A stretch of 60,071 nucleotides of DNA from Thermoplasmata archaeon (GCA_030640585.1 DAOWIZ010000080.1:1-60071), one strand, 5' to 3'; positions 18,471-28,635 are shown, numbered from the stretch's first letter. A program made the numbers and translations. Notes: generated by a model not told the origin, from the letters alone.

Positions 18471-19463
18471 ATGGAAAAACTTAGATCCATCCTCCCAAAT
18501 AATTTTAACATATTTGAAGAAAACGCATTAGCAAAATACATACAATGCAAATATACCACTGTTTCATTCAATAAATCAGAATCAACCAGAGATTTATGGA
18601 AAAAACATGACAATGCTCTTCAAAAAATAAAACTCTCCGAGGTTAAACCCAAACAATCACTTCTAGACCTAAAAATCAGAATAGCAACCCATATTTTCCA
18701 ACAATGCCACTTTTGTGAAAGAAGATGCAAAGTTGACCGTAGAAGACAATCTGGAAACTGCAAGGTAAAACGACCACTAATAGCATCCGAGTTTTTACAC
18801 ATGGGAGAAGAAAGCGTACTCATACCTTCATATACTATATTTTTTTCAGGTTGTACATTTCATTGTGTTTTTTGTCAAAATTGGGATATAAGCCAACAAA
18901 ACCGTGGAATATATGTTGAACCAAGAAAACTTGCAAAAATGATAAACAATAGCAAAAACAATGGTGCTAGAAACGTAAACTGGGTTGGAGGTGATCCAAC
19001 ACCAAACCTACTATACATCCTACAGGTCTTGAGAGAATGTAAAGATAATATACCCATAGTCTGGAACTCAAACATGTACTGCTCCACAGAAACCATGAAA
19101 CTACTAGATGGAATAATTGACTTGTATCTCACTGATTTTAAGTATGGCAAAGATGAATGCGCTCATCGTCTATCTAAAGTTGATAACTATATGAAAGTTG
19201 TCAAAAGGAATCATAAAATTGCATATAAAAACGGGGAGATGATAATTAGACACCTTGTAATGCCTAATCATGTTGAGTGTTGTTCAAAACCAATAATTAA
19301 ATGGATATCTGAAAAACTACCAAACGCTGTTGTAAATATAATGGCTCAATACAGACCAGAATACAAAGCATATGACTATGAAGATATATCTAGATCAGTT
19401 TCAATAGAAGAAGTTCTACAAGTTAAAGAATATGTAAATAAACTAAACATTCATAAAATATAA
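18471..19463 (+). CDS. radical SAM protein (PflX-like)
   Basis: CxxxCxxC motif (CTFHCVFCQNW) plus an N-terminal Cys cluster (CHFCERRCKVDRRRQSGNC). Confidence 0.8.
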   Translation: MEKLRSILPNNFNIFEENALAKYIQCKYTTVSFNKSESTRDLWKKHDNALQKIKLSEVKPKQSLLDLKIRIATHIFQQCHFCERRCKVDRRRQSGNCKVKRPLIASEFLHMGEESVLIPSYTIFFSGCTFHCVFCQNWDISQQNRGIYVEPRKLAKMINNSKNNGARNVNWVGGDPTPNLLYILQVLRECKDNIPIVWNSNMYCSTETMKLLDGIIDLYLTDFKYGKDECAHRLSKVDNYMKVVKRNHKIAYKNGEMIIRHLVMPNHVECCSKPIIKWISEKLPNAVVNIMAQYRPEYKAYDYEDISRSVSIEEVLQVKEYVNKLNIHKI

Positions 19464-19533
19464 AAAAAACAAGATTATGGTAATTTAATTTCTACTTCTT
19501 CAACAATTTTGGCTTTTCCACCAACTTTAACAA

Positions 19534-20298
19534 TCATCTTTTATGATTCCATTCCTGGTTTCCAAAACATCCTCTTTCAAATTTCTCGGTGAGTTCTGTT
19601 TCCATATTAGTAATCTCACCTTTTGTAAGAATAATATCAAATTCTTCCTCAAAACCCTTTTTCATAGCCTTTGCTGCAATATCAAATTTGATATCTTTAT
19701 CTAAAACATGTTTAATTGAAGTAACTCGGTCTTTTACATCTGATATGAGTTTATCACGGATTTTCTCATCAGGAACTTTTAGTAGAGAAAACATTTTTTC
19801 AACATTAACATCCATAAGAACAGTACCATGTTGTAAAACAGTTTTCATCTTACGTGTCTGAGCACTACCAGAAATCTTACGACCACCTGTAATTATATCA
19901 TTTATAGGTTTATATTCACTTTCAATACCAATATTACTCAGCCCTTTTACCACAGCTCCACAGATACGGCCATAACTCTCCATAATATTTTTAGGAATTT
20001 TTTTATGACTCTCAGAAATCACAATACTATACGTAAGTTCATTTTCATGAAAAACAGCACCACCACCAGTAATACGACGAACATAATCAACACCAAGATT
20101 TCTACAATTAATAATATCAATTTCGTCTTCTAGACTCTGAAAATACCCAATACTAATAGCAGGTGGATTCCACTGATAAAAACGCACAGTTGGTGGAACC
20201 TTACCAAGACTATTAGCAACAAGAACTGCTCTATCAATTGCCATGTTTTTTGCAGCAGTATTAGCACCAGTTTTTAGAAGTCTCCATTTTTCACTCAT
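19534..20298 (-). CDS. lplA: lipoate--protein ligase, catalytic (LplA N-terminal) subunit
   Basis: BPL/LPL catalytic domain pattern (RRITGGGAVFHENELTYS ... GRKISGSAQTR). Confidence 0.85.
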   Translation of the reverse strand: MSEKWRLLKTGANTAAKNMAIDRAVLVANSLGKVPPTVRFYQWNPPAISIGYFQSLEDEIDIINCRNLGVDYVRRITGGGAVFHENELTYSIVISESHKKIPKNIMESYGRICGAVVKGLSNIGIESEYKPINDIITGGRKISGSAQTRKMKTVLQHGTVLMDVNVEKMFSLLKVPDEKIRDKLISDVKDRVTSIKHVLDKDIKFDIAAKAMKKGFEEEFDIILTKGEITNMETELTEKFERGCFGNQEWNHKR

Positions 20299-20583
20299 TT
20301 ATTTCACACACATTAAAATACCGGTTGTAAGTCCTTTAGCATCTAAACCAATAAACTCAATATTCTTATTTTGTATCACATTGTTTATCTTATCTAAAAG
20401 ACTATCTTCATCCAGATGAACGTTTTTCAATTCATCTTCCATTGCTTCAATTGCTTCTTCAGGGTAAGCAAAAAAATCTCCAGTGATTCTCACACTATTT
20501 ATCGAATTATTTTTTTCATCATAATCGAGAATGATCTTCAGCAGTTTTCCATTTGGAACTTTGTAAACTGATTTAGAATTCAT
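20299..20583 (-). CDS. lplB: lipoate ligase accessory subunit (free-standing LplA C-terminal domain)
   Basis: 94 aa, directly abutting the lplA start. YKVPNGKLLKIILDY....I..VRITGDFFAYPEEAIE resembles the LplA C-terminal domain, which is a separate protein in Thermoplasma. Confidence 0.7.
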   Translation of the reverse strand: MNSKSVYKVPNGKLLKIILDYDEKNNSINSVRITGDFFAYPEEAIEAMEDELKNVHLDEDSLLDKINNVIQNKNIEFIGLDAKGLTTGILMCVK

Positions 20584-20692
20584 ATTATTACCAGAAATTA
20601 CTATCTGTTTATAAAACCTGTTAAAAAACTATTTTTTAGTTAAAACAGCGTAAGGCCTTTTAAAAGATTATGTAGATTATGTAAGATTATGG

Positions 20693-20818
20693 TTATTCTT
20701 CTTTCATTATTGATTTAAAGCATGGAAAGAAATTCTCTATTTGCTCTAACTTCCATAGGATGAAACCAACGTTATTATTAAGTACATTTTCATTATCTGT
20801 TTTTTCAATATTTTCCAT
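20693..20818 (-). CDS. candidate small ORF (41 aa)
   Basis: ATG preceded by GGAG at about -9 to -12. Translation MENIEKTDNENVLNNNVGFILWKLEQIENFFPCFKSIMKEE. No homology evidence. Confidence 0.2.
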   Translation of the reverse strand: MENIEKTDNENVLNNNVGFILWKLEQIENFFPCFKSIMKEE

Positions 20819-20980
20819 TTTTTCAAACTCCTAGAAACATATGCTGCATAAACGTTACAATATATCAGACATATGTAACAATATTACACAATTTTATTCG
20901 CCACATTATATTTGTACTTACATAATATAAATGTTTTTCCATAAAAACAGAGAAAAAATAGGAGATTCACTCAAACATTT

Positions 20981-21829
20981 CTAACAAAATGCCTTATGTG
21001 CACGATAAGAACTACGAACTAATGGACCTGATTCTATATGCTTAAAACCAAGATCAACAGCAATTACTTTGAACTCGTTAAACTCTTCTGGAGTATAATA
21101 CTTCATAATCTCAGCATGATTTCTCGTTGGTTGAAGATATTGACCTATCGTTAAAAAATCAACATCTGATTTTCTGAGATCCTGCATTGTTTTGATGATT
21201 TGCTCTTTGTTTTCACCAATTCCAATCATAAAACCAGATTTACTCTTAACATCATTATTTATCTTCTTAATATTCTTCAAAAGATCCAAACTTCTTTGAT
21301 AATTTCCCTCTGGGCGTATATTTGGAAACAACTGTTCAACAACTTCAATATTATGATTAATAACATCAGGACAAGAATCAACGACTTTCTTCAATGAATC
21401 CAAATTTCCCTGAAAATCAGGTATAAGAACTTCGACCTTGCAACCCGGGTTAATTTTTTTAATTTCTCTTACAGTTTCAAAGAAAACATTTGCACCGCCA
21501 TCAACAAGATCATCTCTTGTAACAGAAGTAACAACTGCATATTTAAGACCTAGTTGTTTCACACTTTCTGCAACATCTATTGGTTCATCTGGGTTTAAAA
21601 CACCAGGTTTTCCATGTTTCACATTACAATAACGACAATTACGTGTACAAACATCTCCAAGAATAAGAAAAACAGCTGTCCCGCGATCAAAACATTCGGC
21701 CATATTAGGACAATGGGCTTCTTCACAGATAGTATGAAGTTTAGCATTGCGCAGTAGAGATTTCATTTTGACATAGTTTTCCCCACTACCAATTTTTACT
21801 TTCAACCAGTCAGGATGTCGTCTTTTCAT
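20981..21829 (-). CDS. lipA: lipoyl synthase
   Basis: N-terminal auxiliary cluster motif CEEAHCPNMAEC and radical SAM motif CTRNCRYCNV. Confidence 0.9.
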   Translation of the reverse strand: MKRRHPDWLKVKIGSGENYVKMKSLLRNAKLHTICEEAHCPNMAECFDRGTAVFLILGDVCTRNCRYCNVKHGKPGVLNPDEPIDVAESVKQLGLKYAVVTSVTRDDLVDGGANVFFETVREIKKINPGCKVEVLIPDFQGNLDSLKKVVDSCPDVINHNIEVVEQLFPNIRPEGNYQRSLDLLKNIKKINNDVKSKSGFMIGIGENKEQIIKTMQDLRKSDVDFLTIGQYLQPTRNHAEIMKYYTPEEFNEFKVIAVDLGFKHIESGPLVRSSYRAHKAFC

Positions 21830-21834
21830 AAAAT

Positions 21835-22896
21835 TTATACTCCCATCATAACACGAAGTAGGTCACGTAGTCCTGGTGCAAAACCAAGGATGAAAATAAC
21901 TATTTTTAAAATATTTACAAACTGACGATGATCCTTAAGTTCCTCCTTATATAATACATCAAAAACGTATATAACAAAGATGATCAGAAGGAATTTAACA
22001 ATTGGAAACAACGGCGGCCAGATCTGCATGAGAATATCTGATGCCGGATGCTTTTCAATATAAATTGGTAACCCCATTTTCAATGGGTCATAAATACTAA
22101 CATAACTTGTTATGCCATCAATCATGTGACTTGCAATCATCGCAAGGTTTAACGGATTTGAAAAAATACGTATTTTTTCATTATTTTTGAAAAAACGTGA
22201 AACTGCATATACCCCTAGAGTAATCAATGAAACAAGAGCAAATATTAAAACAAATATATCAAATCGGACACCATGATTTATACTCCATTGATTACCAATA
22301 AACCATTGTCCCATAAAAAACAAAAACGGAAGTAAAATAAAAAAACCACCAGTAAACAGTATATTAGGCAGGGTGACATATCGGTGTTTCCAACGTTTCT
22401 GTAGATAATATCCCAATCCAAAGAAAATAAGCACCCACAGTACAATTTGTATATAAATCAAAGGTGTTATAAACCAATACACCCAAGGTTCTACAAAAAA
22501 ACTTGAGTCTTCTAAAACACGGGTAACTGTCCCAAGGATAATATATGGTAACAGTGCAATGAAAATATGCCAATCAAAAGATATATCCCATCGTTTTATC
22601 AATTTATATAACCAATAAAGTGCAATTAGAACCATTAATCCATAAACAATCTCAGAAACCCAAGTGAACTTCTCAGCAGCTTCAACACCATTCAAGGAAA
22701 CAGTATGACCTACAGCATCAGAAACAACAGGGCCCCAGAAGTATTTCCAGATAAAATTATCATAAAAAACCCGTGGGAACATTATACACCCAGCTAGTAA
22801 AAACACTATAATTCCTAAAGGTGTCCAACTGAGAATTTTGTTCTTATTTGCCTCACAAATCTCCATAATTTCCATATATTTCATTGCAGGAAACAA
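21835..22896 (-). CDS. polytopic integral membrane protein (possibly DUF63-like)
   Basis: 353-aa ORF with at least 8 long hydrophobic segments. The family guess is weak. Confidence 0.55.
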   Translation of the reverse strand: MFPAMKYMEIMEICEANKNKILSWTPLGIIVFLLAGCIMFPRVFYDNFIWKYFWGPVVSDAVGHTVSLNGVEAAEKFTWVSEIVYGLMVLIALYWLYKLIKRWDISFDWHIFIALLPYIILGTVTRVLEDSSFFVEPWVYWFITPLIYIQIVLWVLIFFGLGYYLQKRWKHRYVTLPNILFTGGFFILLPFLFFMGQWFIGNQWSINHGVRFDIFVLIFALVSLITLGVYAVSRFFKNNEKIRIFSNPLNLAMIASHMIDGITSYVSIYDPLKMGLPIYIEKHPASDILMQIWPPLFPIVKFLLIIFVIYVFDVLYKEELKDHRQFVNILKIVIFILGFAPGLRDLLRVMMGV

Positions 22897-22935
22897 AAAG
22901 ATAATATATTAATACCATGGTTTACCCGTCATAAC

Positions 22936-24024
22936 ATGGAACATTTCAAAAAATCAAAAACAATGATATTCCCAAGAGAGATCATAGTAGGCCATAAAGT
23001 TACATCTGAAATCGCTGATCTATGTGAAAGAATAGGCAGTGGCAACTCTGTTTTAGTAGTACATGATAAAAAAACTAAGAAACTATCAGGAGACAATATC
23101 TCTAAAGTTCTTACAAAAGCAAACTATACCGTTAAAGAAAAAATTGTTTCTGTACCAACTATCAGCGAGGTAAACAATGTTATCAAATATGCACATAAAA
23201 ACAAAATAGACATGCTTTTAGGTGTTGGTGGAGGAAGCGTAATTGACATTACCAAACTAGCAGCATACAATCTTTCTAAACAATTTATCAGTGTTCCAAC
23301 ATCAGCGGCACATGATGGTATTGCATCACCTCGTGCAGCTCTTAAAAATCGTAAAGGTTCTGTTTCAAAAACAGCAATATCACCCCTTGCAATACTAGCT
23401 GACACATATATTATAAACAAAGCACCTTTTAGAATGCTTGCATCAGGATGCGCAGATGTAATATCCAACCTATCTGCAGTGATGGACTGGAAACTTGCAC
23501 ACCGGCTTAAAGGAGAAGAATATAGCAGCCATGCCGCTGTCCTTGCAGAAACCGCTGCACAACTCATAATTGATCATGCTGAGGAGATTAAACCAAACGC
23601 CGAGGAATCAGCATGGCTTGCGGTAAAAGCAACCATTGTATCTGGTGTTGCTATGAGTGTTGCAGGTAACACCCGCCCAGCATCAGGCGCAGAGCATATG
23701 TTCTCACATATGCTTGATCATCTGGGACCCGGCATTATTTTAAAAGGTAAAAAAGGCCGTAAACCAATGCATGGTGAACAATGTGGTGTTGGTGCTATCA
23801 TGATGGTATATCTTCATGGTGGCGATTGGAAAAAAATAAAAAAGGCCCTTAAAACAATAGGGGCACCTACTACCTCTGAAGAATTAGGTATTTCCAAAAA
23901 GAAAATAGTTGAAGCACTAGTTCGTGCTCATGAGATACGACCAGAACGATATACAATACTTGGTGAAACAGGTCTTACCGAGGATGCAGCAAAAAAAGTA
24001 TCTAAATTAACCGGAGTCATATAA
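22936..24024 (+). CDS. egsA: sn-glycerol-1-phosphate dehydrogenase
   Basis: Fe-ADH-fold pattern (GVGGGSVIDITKLAAY ... ISVPTSAAHDGIASPRA ... ASGAEHMFSH). Length and motifs are typical of archaeal G1PDH. Confidence 0.85.
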   Translation: MEHFKKSKTMIFPREIIVGHKVTSEIADLCERIGSGNSVLVVHDKKTKKLSGDNISKVLTKANYTVKEKIVSVPTISEVNNVIKYAHKNKIDMLLGVGGGSVIDITKLAAYNLSKQFISVPTSAAHDGIASPRAALKNRKGSVSKTAISPLAILADTYIINKAPFRMLASGCADVISNLSAVMDWKLAHRLKGEEYSSHAAVLAETAAQLIIDHAEEIKPNAEESAWLAVKATIVSGVAMSVAGNTRPASGAEHMFSHMLDHLGPGIILKGKKGRKPMHGEQCGVGAIMMVYLHGGDWKKIKKALKTIGAPTTSEELGISKKKIVEALVRAHEIRPERYTILGETGLTEDAAKKVSKLTGVI

Positions 24025-24026
24025 AA

Positions 24027-24449
24027 ATGCCACTTGTGACACTTATTGGTGAAAAACTAGCAAAGGTAAACTTAGAATTTGTTTATATCGGACCGCAAAA
24101 CGATTGTCGTAACTGTAAACTCAAAACAGTATGTTTTAATCTTAAACAAGGTCGACATTATAAGATTACAAAACTTAGAGATAAACGCCATAGTTGCAAT
24201 GTTCATGATGGACTTGCAGCTATTGTCGAAGTACAAGAACTTCCAATTATTACATGCATTGATAAAAAACTTTCAAAGGGCAATAAATCAAAAATTGAGA
24301 TAAAAAACTGCAATAACATTGGATGTGAGCACTATGAAATATGTATGACATCATTGCAGAAAGACAAAGAGTACAAGATAATAAAAACATTTGAAGGTAT
24401 TGACTGTCCAATTGGTTATACTCTTCAAAAAGCAGAGTTAACCGAGTGA
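24027..24449 (+). CDS. UPF0179-family Cys-rich protein
   Basis: VTLIGEKLAKVNLEFVYIGPQNDCRNCKLKTVCFNL resembles UPF0179 N-termini (recalled). Its TGA stop lies within the terminal GTGAAC of the adjacent IS element. Confidence 0.6.
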   Translation: MPLVTLIGEKLAKVNLEFVYIGPQNDCRNCKLKTVCFNLKQGRHYKITKLRDKRHSCNVHDGLAAIVEVQELPIITCIDKKLSKGNKSKIEIKNCNNIGCEHYEICMTSLQKDKEYKIIKTFEGIDCPIGYTLQKAELTE

Positions 24450-24620
24450 ACTACCACACCACCAAAATCATTGATTTTGGAAGTGGCTTCCTAATTCAAT
24501 GACCGTACTCGCCAAAACTGTTTTCAGTCTTGGCGGAGGTACAATCTCCAAAGGCGTAAATTCGGGCAATCCCTGCCCTATTATTTGTTTTAGACCCCTC
24601 TCCAATATGTTCAGAGAGGC
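24446..24620 (-). ncRNA. candidate omega-RNA (reRNA) scaffold overlapping the tnpB 3' end and the right end
   Basis: Position is analogous to known TnpB omega-RNAs. This segment is the part conserved at nucleotide level in the ORF-less copy at 18.1 kb. A terminal hairpin is visible. Extent is not determined. Confidence 0.4.
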
Positions 24621-25646
24621 ATTATAATCCCTGTCAAGAGATTTACCATACTTATATATCTGTGACGTGTAACTTGGATCTACTTTGACCATTATCTTAC
24701 CAGCCCATTCTGCCTTGTAAGATAATATATCAAAGAATTTTCTCCAAGATACATCAAGTGTATTGCGTCTCATATGACGCTTTATTTGTTTAGATTTCTC
24801 TTCATTGCCAATGGATTTTAACATACCTGTTATGTTCAAATCTTCAACGCTGATGAAGTCAAACGTATCGACATAATGCTTTGCAACCTTATGGCAGAAA
24901 TCAGCACGCTGATTTGCCACCTGCTCATGCAGTCTGGCAACACGAACAATCTGCTTCTTTCTATTGTTTGACTCTTTTTTAGTCCTTGACAATCTTTTCT
25001 GCCTGCATCTTAACCGTTTCAAAGATCTCTTCAGATACTTCGGATTCTCAATGATTTTACCTGTTGTGTCAGTCAGGAACTCTGTGATGCCCATATCCAT
25101 ACCAACAATCTTTTTGATAGGTTGTTTCTGAACTGATTTGACTTCTTCAACAATTATATTTGCAAACCATCTACCAGATCTGTAACGCTTGATGATAACT
25201 TGTTTGATGTTTTCATCGAAATCCCTATGCATACGCATAGGTATATCTCCAACTTTGGAGATATGCAACCTGTTGCACTGTGTGTTCGTTGGAATAATTT
25301 TGAACCCGCTCTGATTGTAATGAATGGTTTTGAAACCAGCACTGCTTTTGAAACGCAGTCTACCAACTTTTCTACCTTTCTTCTTAGACTCAGATAATGC
25401 CTTCAAGTTGGAAAACAAACGATAAACCTCATGTTGCAATGCTTTAGAATAAACACCCTTCAAATGAGGATATTGCTCTTTCAACTTTGGCAGAGAGTTC
25501 TGCAAAGTATATCTGTCTGGTTTATCTTGTTTCTGCAATTGTTCAAGCATTACATTGTAGACAAATTTGCATTGTCTCATTGTCCAAAGCAGTTTTTGCT
25601 CCTGTTCTTTGTTTGGATACAAACGATACTTGTATGTTTTCAGCAT
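24468..25646 (-). CDS. tnpB: TnpB (IS605 OrfB-type RNA-guided nuclease homolog), zinc-finger-less variant
   Basis: N-terminus is MLKTYKYRLYPNKEQEQKL. RuvC motifs are GMDMGI, FISVEDL and DRDYNASLNI. Only 8 residues (IYKYGKSL) lie between TSQ and DRD, where the CxxC..CxxC finger normally sits. Confidence 0.9.
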   Translation of the reverse strand: MLKTYKYRLYPNKEQEQKLLWTMRQCKFVYNVMLEQLQKQDKPDRYTLQNSLPKLKEQYPHLKGVYSKALQHEVYRLFSNLKALSESKKKGRKVGRLRFKSSAGFKTIHYNQSGFKIIPTNTQCNRLHISKVGDIPMRMHRDFDENIKQVIIKRYRSGRWFANIIVEEVKSVQKQPIKKIVGMDMGITEFLTDTTGKIIENPKYLKRSLKRLRCRQKRLSRTKKESNNRKKQIVRVARLHEQVANQRADFCHKVAKHYVDTFDFISVEDLNITGMLKSIGNEEKSKQIKRHMRRNTLDVSWRKFFDILSYKAEWAGKIMVKVDPSYTSQIYKYGKSLDRDYNASLNILERGLKQIIGQGLPEFTPLEIVPPPRLKTVLASTVIELGSHFQNQ

Positions 25647-25820
25647 TTATCTCTCTCATTTTGGTCTTTCTATATATTTTTTTAACTACTATCAGATATA
25701 TAAATCTAAAATAGGGGTTGATAAAAGTATTATCTAGCCGTATTCATCTACTACCAAACGCTCCTTCTTTTGTTTGGAAATAGACTTCTTGACGGAAAAG
25801 TTAAAAAAAATAATTTTTTT

Positions 25821-26480
25821 TTAGTGACATATCACATTATATATTAGACCATCTGTTCCTTGAAATCCCTCTGTTCCAAATGTTCCTTCTTTATCACTTA
25901 CGATTTTTTCCCAGATGGATGTATTAATCGTGGTGTTACCATCTGCGTAATTTGTGATCTGGGCAACACCAATACAGATGACAGATGTCCCAGATGACCC
26001 GCAATTCCATACTTCTCCAATGATTTTTATCTTTTCAGGTGGATCTGTTGAATTTTTAGTTCCATTGTAAATGATATATGTTGTTTTATGCTCGTTTTTT
26101 AAAACACGTTCCCCAATAACCATGCTATCAACATCAATGATTATCCCATTTTCTTCTGCGGCTTCTATTGACACCTGTGTCTGTTCTTGTAAGCCTTTTT
26201 CATTCATCATCACAAGTGTTTTAATTGTTGTAACCGTGAGATACGCAGGATAAATTCCATTTTCTTCATATGTAAAACTACCCCATTTCTCCAAACCTAA
26301 CATCTGATCACCGTGTTCTCGTTTATCTGGATTTTCAACCCATCCATTTGTAATAACATCATCATCTACATATGCCTGTGTAAACTCTCCACCGCTGAAA
26401 ATAATACCAAAAAAAATAACTATGATTACGAAAAACGCGATACCCATGTATAGTTTTGTATCCCTAGCCTCACCTTTCAC
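25821..26480 (-). CDS. membrane-anchored extracytoplasmic protein, unknown function
   Basis: 219 aa with a single N-terminal TM segment (LYMGIAFFVIIVIFFGIIF) followed by a soluble domain. Confidence 0.55.
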   Translation of the reverse strand: MKGEARDTKLYMGIAFFVIIVIFFGIIFSGGEFTQAYVDDDVITNGWVENPDKREHGDQMLGLEKWGSFTYEENGIYPAYLTVTTIKTLVMMNEKGLQEQTQVSIEAAEENGIIIDVDSMVIGERVLKNEHKTTYIIYNGTKNSTDPPEKIKIIGEVWNCGSSGTSVICIGVAQITNYADGNTTINTSIWEKIVSDKEGTFGTEGFQGTDGLIYNVICH

Positions 26481-26560
26481 ATCTGATATATAACACTGGT
26501 TCTACTTTAAACTAACGAAAAAACAACCAAAAAAATAGAAAAAGAAGAAATCTTTTTTTC

Positions 26561-27736
26561 TTATTTTTTAAGACCTGCTTCTTTTCTTAGAAGATCTGCT
26601 TTGTCTGTTTTCTCCCAGGTGAAATCAGGTTCATCGCGACCAAAATGACCATAAGATGCTGTTTTCTTAAATATAGGCCGCCTAAGGTTAAGACTACTAA
26701 GAATTTCACTAGGTTTAAGTGGGAAAAAATCATGTACAAGACTTTCTATTTTATCAATAGGTATCTTATTTGTCCCAAAACAATCGATATTAACTGAAAC
26801 TGGGTCTGAAATACCAATAGCATATGCTAGTTGTATTTCACATTTATCAGCGATTCCTGCTGCTACAATGTTTTTTGCAATGTAACGGGCAGCATATGCA
26901 GCGCTACGATCTACCTTGGTTGGATCTTTTCCTGAAAAAGCTCCGCCACCGTGACGGCCGACACCACCATATGTATCAACTATGATTTTACGACCGGTAA
27001 GACCTGCATCAGCATATGGTCCCCCTCGTACAAATGCACCTGTTGGGTTTACATGAAATATTGTATCTTTGTCAATCCATTTTTTACAAACAGGTTTAAT
27101 CACTTTCTCAATTATATCTTTACGAATACGACTATGTGAAACACCACCGTCATGCTGAGTTGAAACAACTATTGTATCTGCACGAGTCGGTTTTCCTTTT
27201 TTATCATATTCAATAGATACTTGGGATTTACCATCTGGTCGTAGATATGAGATTCCGTTTTTCTTTCTAACATAGGCTAGTTTTTCTGTAAGTTTATGAG
27301 CAAGACTTATTGGAAGTGGCATAAATTCCTTTGTTTCATTACATGCATATCCATACATCATACCCTGGTCACCAGCACCTTGTTCTTTATGCAGGCCATC
27401 TCCCTCTGTCACTCCTTGTGATATATCTGGGCTTTGCTCTGTTATTTGAACCCATACTGAACAGGTTTCACATTCAATGCCATATTCTGCCTTTGTGTAA
27501 CCTATTTCTTTTATTGCATTTCTTACAACGCGGGGAATGTCTATGTAAGCTTTTGTTGTCATTTCTCCAAAAACCATTACTCCACCGTTTTTCGTACCTG
27601 TTTCTACAGCGACACGTGAGTTTTTATCCTGACTCAATGCTTCATCAAGTATGGCATCTGATATGACATCACACATTTTATCAGGATGTCCTTCAGTCAC
27701 TGATTCTGAGCTTATAATTATCTTTCTTTTTGTCAT
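26561..27736 (-). CDS. metK: S-adenosylmethionine synthetase, bacterial/eukaryotic MetK type
   Basis: [34 protein letters not shown] and [19 protein letters not shown] are canonical MetK signatures. Confidence 0.92.
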   Translation of the reverse strand: MTKRKIIISSESVTEGHPDKMCDVISDAILDEALSQDKNSRVAVETGTKNGGVMVFGEMTTKAYIDIPRVVRNAIKEIGYTKAEYGIECETCSVWVQITEQSPDISQGVTEGDGLHKEQGAGDQGMMYGYACNETKEFMPLPISLAHKLTEKLAYVRKKNGISYLRPDGKSQVSIEYDKKGKPTRADTIVVSTQHDGGVSHSRIRKDIIEKVIKPVCKKWIDKDTIFHVNPTGAFVRGGPYADAGLTGRKIIVDTYGGVGRHGGGAFSGKDPTKVDRSAAYAARYIAKNIVAAGIADKCEIQLAYAIGISDPVSVNIDCFGTNKIPIDKIESLVHDFFPLKPSEILSSLNLRRPIFKKTASYGHFGRDEPDFTWEKTDKADLLRKEAGLKK

Positions 27737-27853
27737 AATTTTTCACCTATGAATTACTCTTTGTCCCCAAGATTTTAGAAAGATAGAAACTAACAACTAG
27801 TTATTAACTTTTTTTAGTAAATTATTAAAAAAGAGAGGGAAAAAGAAGGTTTT

Positions 27854-28273
27854 TTATTCTTCTTCGGCGAATTTTTTAGTAACCCACATTTGATCATCAA
27901 GTGAGTCATATATTACTTCATCAGAAATGTCTGTAACCCGTTGCATTTTTTCAGAAAGAGCAGCGCGATTGCTTTTTGATGCATCCTGAGCGTATTGCAA
28001 GATAACATCTTTTCTAATTATCCAGTAATGTGTTCGCCATTCACGCCCATCATAAAGAGTTGTTTCTTCTCGTTCTGTTGTAAGCATTCCTTCTTCTTCA
28101 AGTATATAGAATAGTTGCCGATCTTCAGGATTTAATACATTATCTATGACTCGATTATCAAATCCGAATATATCTAATACAAATCCTGCATCTCTACGGG
28201 CTTCTTCTAGATCTATTCCAACTCTATTTGCTATTGCTTTTGATAAATTATCTAGTGTAATTATATTTGGCAT
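27854..28273 (-). CDS. conserved hypothetical protein
   Basis: 139-aa ORF with coding-like composition. No motif that I can name. Confidence 0.5.
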   Translation of the reverse strand: MPNIITLDNLSKAIANRVGIDLEEARRDAGFVLDIFGFDNRVIDNVLNPEDRQLFYILEEEGMLTTEREETTLYDGREWRTHYWIIRKDVILQYAQDASKSNRAALSEKMQRVTDISDEVIYDSLDDQMWVTKKFAEEE

Positions 28274-28439
28274 AATTCAACCTCTTCCTGTACATTCGCG
28301 TAATATAGTGTGTTGGACATAGTATAAATAATTTTCTATCATCTTTGTGTTATTATCTACTAAAAATAATAAAAATATGGGTATTTACCCCTAAAAACAA
28401 CATAAACTTTAAATATAGGCCACAGGTAAGAGTTAATTG

Positions 28440-28631
28440 ATGAAAGAAGAAGACATAACCAAAAAATTATCAGGAGAATGGATATTACTTTTTAATGATG
28501 AGATAGTCGACCATAGCAGCAATGTAGAAGAAATGCTTAAACTCGCTGAAGAAAAATATCCTGCAGAAAAATTTCCAGACGATGAAATAAAAATATCAAA
28601 AGTATTATCCGGAGATATCCGTTTACAATAG
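28440..28631 (+). CDS. small DUF5678-like protein
   Basis: 63 aa. GEWILLFNDEIVDHSSNVEEMLKLAEEKYP follows the pattern recalled for DUF5678. Lies 4 nt upstream of the aspartic protease gene. Confidence 0.45.
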   Translation: MKEEDITKKLSGEWILLFNDEIVDHSSNVEEMLKLAEEKYPAEKFPDDEIKISKVLSGDIRLQ

Positions 28632-28635
28632 CCCT

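Larger units (their letters stand above)
24446..25804 (-). mobile_element. IS200/IS605-family element carrying tnpB only (no tnpA); boundaries approximate
   Basis: The ends are shared with the copy at 18067-18443. The left end has the imperfect hairpin ctactaccaaac...gtttggaaatag and a flanking TTAAC. The right end has the hairpin CCAAAATC-aat-GATTTTGG and ends ..GGTAGTTCAC. Confidence 0.7.

Noticed and set aside
24079-24303. 74-aa alternative-frame ORF inside the UPF0179 gene.
   Set aside because: It is fully nested in a longer ORF with family-like Cys motifs and has no independent signals.
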